Part shown: positions 36,901 through 48,895 of the stretch, piece by piece
Layout: the number at the start of each line of letters is the position of its first letter
How positions within the stretch are numbered: the first letter of the stretch is position 1
From: Camelus ferus
Lineage: Eukaryota
Direction of reading: 5' to 3'
Assembly (NCBI RefSeq): GCF_009834535.1
Contig: NC_045696.1
Span: forward strand, 59,274,001-59,338,000
Length of the DNA stretch: 64,000 nucleotides
Notes under the pieces: model-generated
Seen by the model: the letters and a program-made list of their open reading frames with translations, nothing else
Told to the model about the DNA's origin: nothing
Database searches by the model: none
Translations under genes and position numbers: made by a program

Positions 36901-38914
36901 ATGGTGGTGACACAGCACTTGAACCTATTTGGGGGTGGGGCTGATTTCCAGGGGGAATCCTGGCATCCTGCTGGACATGGATAGGCCCTGGTGGTAGCAG
37001 CCCGCTTGGTGGATACGTACTAAAGACTGCCAGGGCTTCTGGTATATCCTGATTGTCACGTCCGCCTTCATCAGGCAGTTGATGACACCTTCCCTTGCTG
37101 CTGTAGATGGTTTGTTGTGTCTTGTTGTCTGTGAACAGACTGCAGAGGAGAGTGTCTCCAGCTCCTAGAGAGAACGGACTTGGGACAACAAAGAACAGTT
37201 AAACCATAGGTGACCAGATTGCATCTCCACTTCAGTCTCTAAACAGGGAAGAGAAGGAGAAATGGTTTAAAGACATCTGCCCCCCAAACTGGACACCGTC
37301 TCCTGGTGCTAGGCCCCTGGATGTGATTGTCAGGACTATGGGTGGTGAGGGACGGGTGAGGAGGGAGAACATTTTGGTTGATTGCCCCTCAGTCTCTGGA
37401 GAGTGGGCCTGAAAGGGGCGGGGGTCTTAGTTCTGCTTTCTCTCTTCTGCTTTGGAAATGAGTGATCCACTGCGAGGCGTCAGTGTCCTCACAGGCCTTG
37501 CGCATTCCCTCCTCATGGCAAGGCACAACCCTCCCTCTGAACCCCTGCAGGCAGATCCTGCCCGAGGGGTGTCCTTGCAGCCCCCTCACAGCCTGCTGCC
37601 ACTCGCTCAGGAAGAGCGCAGGAACTGCACATTGGTGTTTGGAAAAATTAATGCTTTCAAGATGAGTTCCACGCAGCCTTAGCATGTCTGTCTGTCTCTC
37701 TCTCACCCGCTGAAAGAAAAGAAGCATTCTTAGACAATTACTCCCCAAGGGAGCCCATGGACTGGCTTTGTTTATTGAGTGTTTTTAGTTACAACACGTG
37801 AAGTTCTAAGATTTTTTTTGGCTTTGGGTTTTTTTTTTTAAAACCCCTGGTTTTTGTTATGGGGATAGGGAAGATGAGTGAATTCCCAATTAACAGAGCA
37901 CTTAAATGGTTTAAAATTGTGAAAAGTGTGTTCTTATGTGGGCACAAACTTGAGGCCCCAGGTTCAGGAACTTGGGAAGACCTGACAGATGGAACCCAGG
38001 CACAGGGCTTGCCTCAGGCAGCACTGTACCCAGATGTTCAAAGCTTTCCATCTGCAGCTCTTTGGGGCCACATCTCTACTGGTGAGTGGCTCCTTCCCTT
38101 CCTTGGACTCTCCATGTCTTCACTTTGTCTTCTGATGGACACAGCACTTATGACACAGCCACAATCAGCTGTCACCTCTCTTCTCCTCAGCCCCCTCCCA
38201 CCCTCTTCAGTCCTTAGCTACTAAAATAACCAAACTTTCAGTAGAGACTGCAGATTTGAAAGTATCAGTGTTCGAGTCAGAGCCCACCGTTCGAGGGCAG
38301 GGATGGCAGACCTGCCAGCCCGTGTGTAACGGCTTTTCCAGCCTCATCTTGGCAGCCGTCACTAATTGACAGTGCTGCTCTTTCCGCATCCTTCCTGCCT
38401 GTGGCCTCAGGGCTGCCCCCCAGCCCTGCAGCCCCCCCCCCCCCCCGCCCACCCCAGCAAAGTCTCAAAGATATTTATTAATACAAAGGGAAAGATAGTA
38501 GTTTTATTTAGCAGAAAGCTCTGGACAATCACTGCTCCTGGTTAGAGCTGGAACTTGAGATGAAACATAGTTGCCTTTTCTGACCAAAGCCACACAAGCT
38601 GTCTAAGTGGATGACAAGCGAATGGTCTGAGAAGAATTGGGTGGTACTGAGTGCTTGTTGAGTTCACGAAGCGCCCACCTAGTCCTCATGGTAAGCAAGG
38701 TGTGGAGCCAAGTGGGGGATGAACTGCCTCTGCCAGCCAGTGGACAGGCACACGAGTCTAGGGAGTTGGTTATGAGGACCTGTGGGTTCTCTGGAGACTC
38801 ACATTCCAGATCCTGTGAGTGGGAAGTGGACAAGGAACTTGCTTTCCTAGCCCCGAAGGAGTACCTGTTTTCCAGAAAAGATCTGAGCTGCTACTTTAGT
38901 CAGGCTGCATAAAT

Positions 38915-40170
38915 GCTTTGAAAATTACCAAAGTAACGAATGCTTATGGTAAAAAAGTGTAACGACAGAAAATTGTATAAAATACAGTTATCTAACTACC
39001 TACCCCGATTTCCCTAGGGATAACCACTGTTAACAGTTTGGTGTATATCTTACCAGAATTCCTTTTCTATGCATATTGAAATATATACTCATAGTGTCTA
39101 TGTGTGTATTTATATTCCATATCTCCTCTCCCTGCCAAAATGGAATACTACAAATTATTTCGAATTATCTTGCAGATTGTATTCTCCCACCCAGTAATGT
39201 ATCATGGACATCATTTTATGTCACTGTGTATAAAATTGCTTGTCCTTTTTAATGGTTTCAAAGTATAATATAGATTGTACCATATTTGTATCACAATTTA
39301 TTTAACTAGTCTTTTGTCATTGGATTTTTAGGTTATCTCCAGCTTTTTTTTTCTGTTGCAGAATACACTGAAACATTTGTGTAAGTGTGGCAGGTGAGAG
39401 TTTTATAAGTAGAATTGCTGGATTAAAGGCTATGCATTTCAGAAATGTTGCTAGGTACTGCCAAATCAGTCTCTAAAAATGTTATCTCAATATACTCTCC
39501 TGCCAGATTATATATATTTATTTTCCAATATGATAGGTAAAATATAGCATGCTGTTATGCTTTAATTTGCATTTCCCTGATTAGTGAAAGTTAGCATCTT
39601 TTTACCTTTTCTCAGTCTTTTGTGTTTCTTTTGTGAATTACCTGTTCATATTCTTGACTCACTTTTATACTGGGTTGTTTAGCTTTTTCTTAGTGTTTTT
39701 AGGAGCTCTTTGTAAATTAGAGGTATTAATTCTTTATGTGATGTTTCGATGCAGTGTAGTAAATATTTGTCTCCTAGATTATCTTTTAACATTTTTCTTG
39801 TTTTTGTAATTTTATATATTCTTTTTTCCCCTGAGGACTTAAAAAAATCCACAATTGTTAAAAAATTAATACAATATAAAAAGGTCCTTATATGACTTTA
39901 TGCCTGTCTACTCAACCCCCTCCCCTATAGATAACTATCAGTGTTATTTTTTGTGAATTCTTCCAATGTGTTCTTTTTGAAAATAGAGGCAAATCTGAAT
40001 CCACACTTATTTTACCACTTTCTTATCAAAAGCAAGTGAATGCTAACTTTATTGTTCTATGCCTTGCATTTTTAACCCAACAGTATGTCTGGACGGTCTT
40101 TTCATATCAATTTGCAGAAAGCCTTATCATTTTTAACAGCTGCAAAGTATTCCATTGTGTGAGCCTACCA
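38915..40170 (-). mobile_element. Old L1 (L1MC/ME-like) fragments
   Basis: AT-rich antisense L1 motifs: gataaccactgttaacagtttggtgtata, gctttaatttgcatttccctgattag, aggagctctttgtaaattag. Confidence 0.75.
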
Positions 40171-40354
40171 TACACAGTTCAGCGGGCTTCAGACTGCCTT
40201 GCTTATGTATGCCCTAAAAGGATATTGAAAACTATTTACGCCTGTCACAACATTTAAGTTGACATTGAACATTTGTCTTACCATAAGTTTAAGTGATTGC
40301 AAATAAAATATTTTCGAGCGTGTTGTATATTATATACAGACTTTAAATATATTC

Positions 40355-40477
40355 TTTTTATTTTGGGTTGGGGAGGTAATTAGTTTTATTTATTTTTTAA
40401 TGGAGGTGCTGGGTATTGAACCCAGGACCTTGTGCATGCTAGGCATGGATTCTACCACTGAGCTGTACCCACCCCCC
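40355..40477 (-). mobile_element. Vic-1-like SINE
   Basis: ggaggtgctgggtattgaacccaggaccttgtgcatgctaggcatggattctaccactgagctgtaccc, with flanking taaata(t/c)att TSD-like repeats. Confidence 0.9.
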
Positions 40478-40817
40478 TAAATACATTTTCTTTAAAATCT
40501 TGGAGTTTCAAATTTAATGAATTGAAAAAGGCAGCTCTCACTGTCAAAGCAGGCAACCAAATCAGACATACTTACTTACTATCAGAGAAAGTCTGACTTC
40601 TTTTTAAAATTTAAGCATGCATGTTAATTAGATACCCGTGTAACAACCTTGTCTTCAGAATTCAAATCCCAAGATAGGTAGATAGGTAGATAAATAGATA
40701 TGGTTCTGAGACTGGCCACACTTTTGTCTTCTAGGTGAAATAAGGTACAGTCCTTTTCAATACTTTCTTGTGCACTCATCCAATCTTGTGGCTTTAACTC
40801 TGTACTCAATGACTCCC

Positions 40818-41110
40818 TGTTTCATTTATCAGTTACACTGTGGTAAACCATTCCCAGTCTTTGTGGCTTAGAACAACAGTTTACCGTTTCTTGTGATTGC
40901 AAGGGTCGAGCACACGGTTCTGTTTCACGTGGTGTCTGCCGGGTTGCTGGGACGGCTGGAAGCTCCAAAGTGGACTCACTCACGTGGATGGCAGTGGGTG
41001 TGGGTGGGGCTGGACTAGCTGTGCTTCTCAGCCTGGGTCCTTGGTTCTCCTTCATGTGGTCTTTCCATGTGGCTTGGGCTTCTCCCTGCATAGCAGCTAG
41101 ACTCCAAGAA
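40818..41110 (-). mobile_element. MaLR LTR fragment (MLT1-type)
   Basis: gtggcttagaacaacag...ctcactcacgtggatggcagt...catgtggcttgggcttctc. Confidence 0.75.
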
Positions 41111-41400
41111 TAGTTTTATTTATTCATGACCCCATCATCTTAAAATGTCTTTTAAAAAGTTAGTTGATATAATTCAAGGGTAAAAATTTGAAAGGTGTAA
41201 AAAGATACCACATGAAAAGTATTCCTTGCACTGCTATTGTCCCTCCCCTCTTCTCAGGTGATTGATATATCCCCCCCAGAGATTAAAAAAATGCATATAT
41301 GAGCCAGTATGTTGAGCATTGTGTCTTGCTTAGGAAAACTTTTCCACCCTAAGACTATAAAAGTTTTTCTTCATGAAGTTTTATATATGTAGATATATAT

Positions 41401-41441
<41 letters not shown>

Positions 41442-41443
41442 TG

Positions 41444-41476
<33 letters not shown>
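41401..41476. repeat. Compound microsatellite (TG)n(TA)n(T)n
   Basis: Seen directly. Confidence 0.95.
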
Positions 41477-42403
41477 AACATGGATGTCTAACTAGGATTT
41501 CCTATGTGCACACTGTGAGGCTGGGAGTGGGTGATAGACTTTTAGGGAAGCCAAATCATTGGTGTTTACTACATGGAAACTCCATCAGTGAACTCCTTAA
41601 AGTTTTCCATCTTGTCAGTACCCAGGGCCATCCACATGGTTCATGAGGGTGTAGTCAAAGGACTTTTTGTAATTGAATCTCTTTTTGAACTTTGCAACCT
41701 GTGTTAAGGCAGAGGGAGGAAGCTAGATGCCTGGGGCAGTTGGGCAAGTGAGATATACACGAGTCTGCCCCTTCCTGCAGGGCAGGTAGAGAGCTGGGGG
41801 ATTTGGAGTTGTGACTTGTCCCTAACTCTGGACTTGACAAAAGCTGCTTGGCTTACAGTTGTGCTCACTGGCAAAGCTGACATTGTTTTTAACTGGCTTA
41901 TCTGTCCACTTAGGTCCCATGAATTGAGAATCTCAACCTGGCACGAGCTTGTTTTCTACTGTATGAGAAGGCGCTAACTTTATGAAGCACCTACTGTGTT
42001 CGGTACAATGCTTAGTATTTTATATATAGTATTTTGTTTTTTCCTCATGCAGGCTGTTCAGATTTTGTAAGATCAACCTTATCTTCATCAGAAATGGAGA
42101 TTTAGGGAAGTTAAGTGATTTACTTCAAGTTACTCAGTGAGTCAAAAAAAGATTTGGGATTTGAACCCAGTTGGTCTGATTCAGCTCAGGCCCTTTCCCA
42201 AAACCTAGAAGGCTTCAGATTAACAGTATAAACAGATCATAAAGAGATTAGCTGTAGGATTTATGGGAATCTGTTATTTTCAAGAACCATAAGCAGAATT
42301 CATTTGCTAAAAAGTAAAGTAATCATGGCAACTGATTCTTTTCTTTTTAAAAATAAGAGTCAAGGAAGAGAGAATTGAAGTTGGCTAGTGTGCAGCTACT
42401 CTG

Positions 42404-42431
42404 GTGTGTGTGTGTGTGTGTGTGTGTGTGT
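42404..42431. repeat. (GT)n microsatellite
   Basis: Seen directly. Confidence 0.95.
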
Positions 42432-43467
42432 TGAGGGTGGGTGTCAGGGCATTCAGGTTAGTCAAATATTCTTATGTAATAATGGAACACACACAAATTA
42501 TATGTTTCCCACACACCACCCCCCTCCGACAGAATACAGAAAAAAATTTTAGTTCTAGATATATGCTAGCCAAAATTTAGTATTTCTTTGATGGGCTCTT
42601 TTGGATCCTGTTGAACTTCACACTTATTATTATCAATCCCAGTCACTGTAGCCTGGTGCCTAATTTTCCTGGGCAGATATGCCGAAGGGGGTCTATTTAG
42701 AAAAGAAGACGTGGGATGAAGAGAGAAGGGAGAGAATTCTCCACAGCAGGGCTCCCCATGGGCTGAGGGAGGCACGAGGTTTCAGCTGTGGTGACTGACA
42801 ACCTAAGTTTTCTGATTCTAAGTCAGTGAACTGTGGGAATTGAGAGATGGGAGGAACCGTGAAGGGGAACCAAACCACAAGGGGTGAATGGCTCGCCGAC
42901 GTGAGGGGCCTTTAGGTCACCGAGTCACACTGCCTCCTTTGACAGGTGAAGAAACTGCTGCTCGTGGAGGAAAGAGGGTCCTCTTACTGGCCGTGAGGGA
43001 AGCAGAGGAGGCAATACCGGGCTCTCTGGATGGCTAGGCCTGTTGGGTCAGGTTCTGAGGTGTCCTCTTCCACAATTTATTCGGGTTTTTTTTTTTTTTC
43101 CTTCAAAAAGGACTGCTTTACAGTTTAGGTGCTTTGGAGAGGGCAACCAACCTGGTGGTCGTGTGCTGGTTAAGAAATGGGAGGTCAGGAGAGCAAGTGA
43201 GGGAGGCAGAGTCCCTTGAGTTGCCTTCAACAGGATGCTGGACAGGCGGACGCCTATGAAACTTACAGGAAGAGAGTCGTGGACCCTCCTTCTTGCCCCC
43301 CACGTACCCCCACCACTGCTTACCTAAGGCCTAGACTTCTGCTCCCCTTTTTGTGATTGAATAAATTGTCATTCCAGATCATAATTTGTACAAGTTAAGC
43401 TCTTTGACTTAAGAACATATACATATGTATATGTTAACTTAGCATTCCTGGTGGTGGTATTCCATTT

Positions 43468-43850
43468 CTCTTTTTAAAAAATTGATGTATAGTTGACATA
43501 CAACATTGGATCAGTTTCAGGTGTACAACATAATGATTTGGCTGTATTGTGAAATGATCACAGCGATAAGTCTAATTAACATCTGTCACCATCTACAGTT
43601 AGAGATTGCTTTTTTTCTTAGATGAGAACTTTTAAGATCTGTTCTCCTAGCAACTTTCAAATATGCAATACAGTATTATTAACTATAGTCACCATGCTGT
43701 ATGTTACATTCCCAGGACTTACCTATTGTATAACTGGAAGTTTGTACCTTTTGACCCACTTTACCTACTCCCTGCTGCCCACCTCCAGCAACCACCAGTT
43801 TGCTCTCTGTATCCATGAGCTTGGCTTTGTTTCTGTTCTGTTTTCCTTCC
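43468..43850 (-). mobile_element. L1MA-type 3' end
   Basis: gtttcaggtgtacaacataatgatt...ctagcaactttcaaatatgcaatacagtattattaactatagtcaccatgctgt. Confidence 0.88.
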
Positions 43851-44614
43851 TTTGACTCTGAAGGCCATATCTTTTGCCAAAATGTAGTATTCCCCAAGGG
43901 TCTAAATATTAAGCTCTCATCATGAAAACCTTAGAGTGGATGAAATTAGCATACTTTTCATGGGCCCATGGGTGAGCTTTGACAAGGCAGAGCTAGAGGG
44001 GAAGGATCTGGCTTTTGGGGCATGGGGCAGGGGTGTTGGGGCACATACTGTTGTTGGAGATTCAGGGCAATGTTGGGGCTCTAGCAACTGGTGGGGAACA
44101 AATGAATGCTCAGGGGAGGGGCTGGGGAGGAACTAGCATTTCTCCCATTTAACAATTTGGTTTAGAGCACAGTGTGGTGAAGGCTTGTGAGACGTCTTTG
44201 TGGGCTGGGGCTCCCCCAGCCAAGGGAGAGTTAAAGATGCCAGTGGAGGTCAGAGGTGAACAAGGACGAAAGTGACACAAAAGCCAGGGCATGGCGGGCT
44301 AATTAGCTCCCGCCTTTCCCTCCTGCTGCCCGGCCTGATATTTGAGGTGACATTTAAAGCCATTGTGCAGATGAACGCTTTCTGGAGCCTGTGGAGAGAT
44401 GAGGCTGATTTTCAGCCTCTTGGTTGGCAGTTCCCAGCCCTCCGTCTGGGGCCCTCTCCTGGGCCCCCCTTTACCTTCCAGGAGACCCTCCTAGTTTTGG
44501 ACCCAGGGTCCTCCTCCCTCCCGGACTCTGACGGTGTGTGGGGAAATGGGTTACACTCTAGAATTCAACCAAAATAGTTCAGTGAAGTAAGAGAGACGAG
44601 CAGGGACAGAAGCA

Positions 44615-44747
44615 GATGGATCACCGTTTCAGACTCACCTGGGAGCTCGTGAAAAATGCAGGCTCCGGGAGTGAGGCCTAGTGATCTGCATGGAAAACCA
44701 ACCCTCTAAGGTGATTCTGCCGCCCATTAAATTTTGAGGACCTCTGA
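44615..44747. mobile_element. MER5-like MITE
   Basis: cagactcacctgggagctcgtgaaaaatgcagg...ggtgattctg...tttgaggacctctg. Confidence 0.65.
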
Positions 44748-45626
44748 GCTAGAGAATGCATGAGGTTAGCTGGGAAAGCCCTCTTGGGAGAAGTGGACTT
44801 GAATTTCAGTGTGACAGGTGATACCTGTCCTAGGTGCTGTTCTCCTGGGGACACTGGGCTCTCACAGGACAGACTGGCCACTGTCCATCCCGTCCACGGA
44901 TGGTGTTACTGACAATATGTTACCAAAGGCCTCACTTCACCACTTGGGAGCTAACCGCCAAGGGGACAGAAGTGGTGTGGGAGGTGGCTGAGGATGGTGT
45001 CTGCCGGAGCGTGTGATAACATGTTGCAACTGAAGCACAGCTTGCGGGCAAAATGGCACCCTGGTGGAGCCCACTTCCTGGGGCGGGTGGCCGGGGTTCG
45101 TCTTCACTCTGGTACACAGACTGGCAACTCTGCCGCCTCCGTGTGGCCTCCACTGATCAGATAGCCCGACGTGTCCGAGGAGCCAGCCAGCTCTGCTGCG
45201 GGAACAGTGGTCACTGTCCCGGGAGATGAGTGGGAAAGATTTGGGACACGATTACTTCTCTCCTCCCTCCATGCTGCTTGCCTTCTGCTCCATACACTTG
45301 TGCTGCCTTTGTCTGATCGGGAACACAGTGTTTCTCCGTTGGGGCGGGCAGAGAGAGGGAGAAAGAACAGTGCCAAATAGGAAGAAGGAACAGCGACGAG
45401 AAGGGAACACATCTATGTTGTGCCACCAAGTAACCGGTGATCATCCAGATGGGCATCGGCCCTCTGGAATGGATGGGCTGTTGCTGGTCTGGAGATGCTC
45501 CTTGTCCCTGGAGAACAGGTCCCCATAGCCAGCCAGGTGGGTTGGAGGAACCACACCAACGGGAATGGCTGTGCTTGCTTTGACCACTATGAAAGAAGGA
45601 GCTGCTGCAGGAGTATTGTGTAAGAC

Positions 45627-45657
45627 AAAACAACAACAACAACAACAACAACAAAAA
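45627..45657. repeat. (CAA)n microsatellite
   Basis: Seen directly. Confidence 0.9.
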
Positions 45658-48399
45658 CCTAATAAAGCCCCTTCCTGGCCAATACCCCATCCATTCTAAT
45701 TGCACTGCAGCTAAATGGCAACTCTGACAGTCTCTTGGAACATTTTATTCAACTTCTGAAGGGGCTGCATTGAAACTACGGCTTATGAGGCTCTGTAGGG
45801 GTTGGAGAAATGAGCAGTGGTGGGTTGGGGAGCTCCAAGGAGCCCAGCTTGATGGGTTGAAGCCAATCTTTAGTAAAATTGCTGGCTGAGTGGTTTCACT
45901 CTGGGCCTGACCCCACAGGTAATGCTTATATTCTTAGGTTCACAGAGTATGGGGGAAGTGCTTGCACCTGTATTATTTGTTAACATCTTTATTCCCTTTC
46001 TCTCTTTGAAAACGAGGCTGTGTGAAATGTTTGGCACTTGGTTACTAGAAGGAGGGGGAAAGGGCCAGCTTCCTTCTCCAGGCCCGAGAATGGGCTGTGC
46101 AATAGTAGTATTAGCCCCAGCAGAGTACTCGAGTTTACTCAGCATCTACACGGGCCCTGGGACTGTGCTCACAGTCAGATGCTCTTTCCAAAGCCCATCT
46201 CTGCCTAGGTCTCCTGCTTGGTGGGAGCCCTGGGTGCATCCCTCCCACCTCAGGTTTCTCCTGGCTTGGGTTAGAGCCATTTTGTCAGTTGTCATTTGGA
46301 GATGCTCTCCCTCGGCAGCCACAAGCCAGGAGCCAAAAATGAAAGGCTGTCGCTCGGTAAGAGACCACAGGCAGCCCTCTACTCACCCTGTGCTCATGGC
46401 TCGTCAGCACTGCCCTGGGGGTCCTGCCTTACTGCGAGGGCCCCCATCTCTCTATGAAAGACACCACAGTTCCTCAGGAGATAATCCAGGGCCCCAGAAA
46501 CTCTTCAGGAGGAGACAGATGGCACATACTTCTCCCTCAGCCCAGCCAGTTACTAGGTACTTGACCATGAGCAACCTGTTGGAACATGGGCTTTCTCTTC
46601 TGTAAACTGGGAAAGCAAGTCCCATCCTCCAGACCTTGTAGGGCTGTTAAGAGGCCCAAGGGAGATGATGGATGTGGAAGTGCTTTGTGAGCTAAAAAGG
46701 ACTGGCCACACCTGAATGATGGATCTTGTTATTCATGAAGGAAGTGGGAGGCTAAGGGTCAGTGCACTTCTCTCCAGACAGGGAGTAGGAGGGGTTTGCA
46801 TTCTTGTGTTAACTACACACTGGAGTCTTGTCCATTTAAGGTAATAATAAAATAATACTAACAGAGCCTGTGAGGTAGTCTGTGGGCAGTGGTGTCTGCT
46901 CAGTCCCAATGCTGGCCTTTAAGAGGGAACCACGATGCAGTGGTGGGCTGGGCTGATGGACACTGTGGCTCTGCTCACTTTCCCTCTCTGAGCTCCTGCT
47001 CCTGGACATGCCTCCTCCTCAGCCTGAATTCTGTCAGAATCTGCAGCCTGTGTCATCTTGGAGGCCTAAGACCCCAGGAAGAGCTGACGCTGAGGGAGGC
47101 CTGCTCTCGCTGGAAGCCTGGGGTGCCAACATTTCTATTAGGACAGCGGGAAGGCACTGCAGGCATGACCTGGGCTGAAACAAGAGCTGTGATGAATGTG
47201 CACATGGCTCCCGGGTAGTTTTTAGGCTTGGAGTCCAAGGTTATTCCAGACCTGGGGTCTCCTTGGATTTCACTTCTGTGAACAGGACTTCTGGTCACCT
47301 GGTGGCACAGCCTCACCTCACCATGTCAGTGGCCAGCACCCTGTAAAATGGGTTCCCAGCAGGGCAAGGCCAAGATGCCCTGTCCTCCTTCTACAGGCCT
47401 TAGGCGGTGCCACAGGATGGAGGCCCCGGCAGTCCACTGCTCTTCCTGACTTGAAAACGAAACCATGTGGGGTGCCCAGACTCACTTGCCTGCTCACTCA
47501 TTCAGTTAGTAAACACGCAAGCTCTTGCATACTTCAAGATACTTCAGGGGATGCAACGATGATCACAGAGCTGATTTTGTCTTCATGGAGTTTATGGTCA
47601 AGTGAGGCAGTGGAGTCCTATTCAAAAGAGAAAGCGAAATGCAATATAGAGAGGGAGGCCAGGCAAGGCTGCCCGGTTCTGTGGCATTTGAGCTACACGT
47701 TGAAAAAATCAGAAGGATTTGGCCACGATGAAGTCGGGGAGGAAGGTAGACATGCCATGGGCAGGAAGAATGGGGCAAAGGTACTGAAGTGGGAAAGCAT
47801 GGGATGTCAGGACGAGTGGGAACTGAGAATCTGGCGAGAGGAAGAGGGGTTGGAGGGAGAGGGGGAATGATCTCTTGAGCACTGCCATCCACCAAGTGCT
47901 GGACCAGAAATGTTAGGTTCTTCCTTTTCTTAGAGCCTCACAATAGCTCGCTGAGGCAAATGCTATTCTGTCTAGTTTGCAGAGGAAGAAGCTGGGGCTT
48001 AGCAGGGAAGTACTTGATCAAGGCAACTATGAAGTGGTAGCAGGATTTGCATCTATGACTATGTGACTCTGGAGCCCATGCTCTCTCCACTATAACCGAG
48101 GATCCACTAAGGGAGAAAGGGTCTTTTTCTGAGTTCAGCAGCCTTAGGCAGGGGTGGTTAAGGTCACTGAAAGCAAAGCAGTGAGGCTCTGGCTCTTCTG
48201 GGCTGACCTCAGAGTCCAGGATGGCTGAGCTCCCAGCTTCCCACCCCTGTCCTGTTAGGGGAGCCACTGGTATCTGGTGTGGGAGACAGGGGAAGCCAGG
48301 ATAGCAGGAGATCCAAAAATGAAATTCAAGACATGGCCTTGAGTGTGGATTTGTGTTCCCAAGACCACCTCTCCCCTTCCCTCTTTGTGAAAGCCCTCC

Positions 48400-48684
48400 C
48401 TGGCTGCCCTCCCCTGCAGCTCTGACCTCCCCTTGGGCCCATGCAGGCTTGGTCTGCACAAGGCGGCGGTGTTCTGCACTTGTTCCTTTGTTGCTGTGAA
48501 ACAGGGCTCCCAGCACAGTCAGCCTCTGTGTGGGAGGACTGGTGGCTGTCTTCACAGGCAGGCATTTGCTTAGAACAGGCTGCGTGCAAGCCCGGCGTCA
48601 AGTAATTCTGGCCTTCTTGAGTCAGCGGTGGTGGGACGAGGCTCTGCTGAGGGGACTGGCTGTGAAGGATGAGTTCGGGGTGGG
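48400..48684 (+). promoter_or_regulatory. KALRN: KALRN promoter C and 5' UTR of exon 1C (TSS not determinable)
   Basis: Lies directly upstream of the recognised first coding exon and is CpG-enriched against a depleted background. Contains half-CRE CGTCA at 48596-48600 and AP-1 TGAGTCA at 48618-48624. No obvious TATA box. Confidence 0.7.
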
Positions 48685-48751
48685 ATGACGGACCGCTTCT
48701 GGGACCAGTGGTATCTTTGGTATCTCCGCTTGCTCCGGCTGCTGGATCGAG
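48685..48751 (+). CDS. KALRN: Kalirin alternative first coding exon (exon 1C), amphipathic N-terminal peptide MTDRFWDQWYLWYLRLLRLLDR(G); partial CDS continuing outside the window
   Basis: The translation matches the human Kalirin N-terminus as I recall it (MTDRFWDQWYLWYLRLLRLLDRGSFRNDG...). The match ends exactly at a GT donor (GAG|gtattc, intron from 48752) in phase 1, i.e. 22 codons plus G. CpGs are locally enriched. Confidence 0.95.
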
Positions 48752-48860
48752 GTATTCCTGGGGGAGAGAGAATGAATATGAGAATGTGTGTTGCGTATGT
48801 GTGTGTGTGTGAAAGAGAAACAGAGGAGATATGCACACACAGATATATAGAGAGACAGAG

Positions 48861-48862
<2 letters not shown>

Positions 48863-48892
<30 letters not shown>
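48863..48892. repeat. (AC)15 microsatellite 111 nt into the intron after exon 1C
   Basis: Seen directly. Preceded by (TG)7 at 48798-48811. Confidence 0.95.

Positions 48893-48895
<3 letters not shown>

Larger units (their letters stand above)
1..48399 (+). other. KALRN: Region upstream of exon 1C, probably intron 1 of KALRN transcripts starting at the more distal exon 1B
   Basis: Inferred from known KALRN architecture, where exon 1B (MNPPEG...) lies tens of kb upstream of 1C. No 1B exon or CpG island is visible in the window. Confidence 0.65.

Noticed and set aside
37700..37730. Minus-strand cag|CGG|gtgaga 3-nt microexon-like pattern
   Set aside because: Antisense to KALRN, with no evidence for an antisense transcript.
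46381..46465. Minus-strand 65-nt exon-like unit with plausible acceptor and GTGAGT donor
   Set aside because: Stops in all three frames and no partner exons. Cannot be distinguished from chance.
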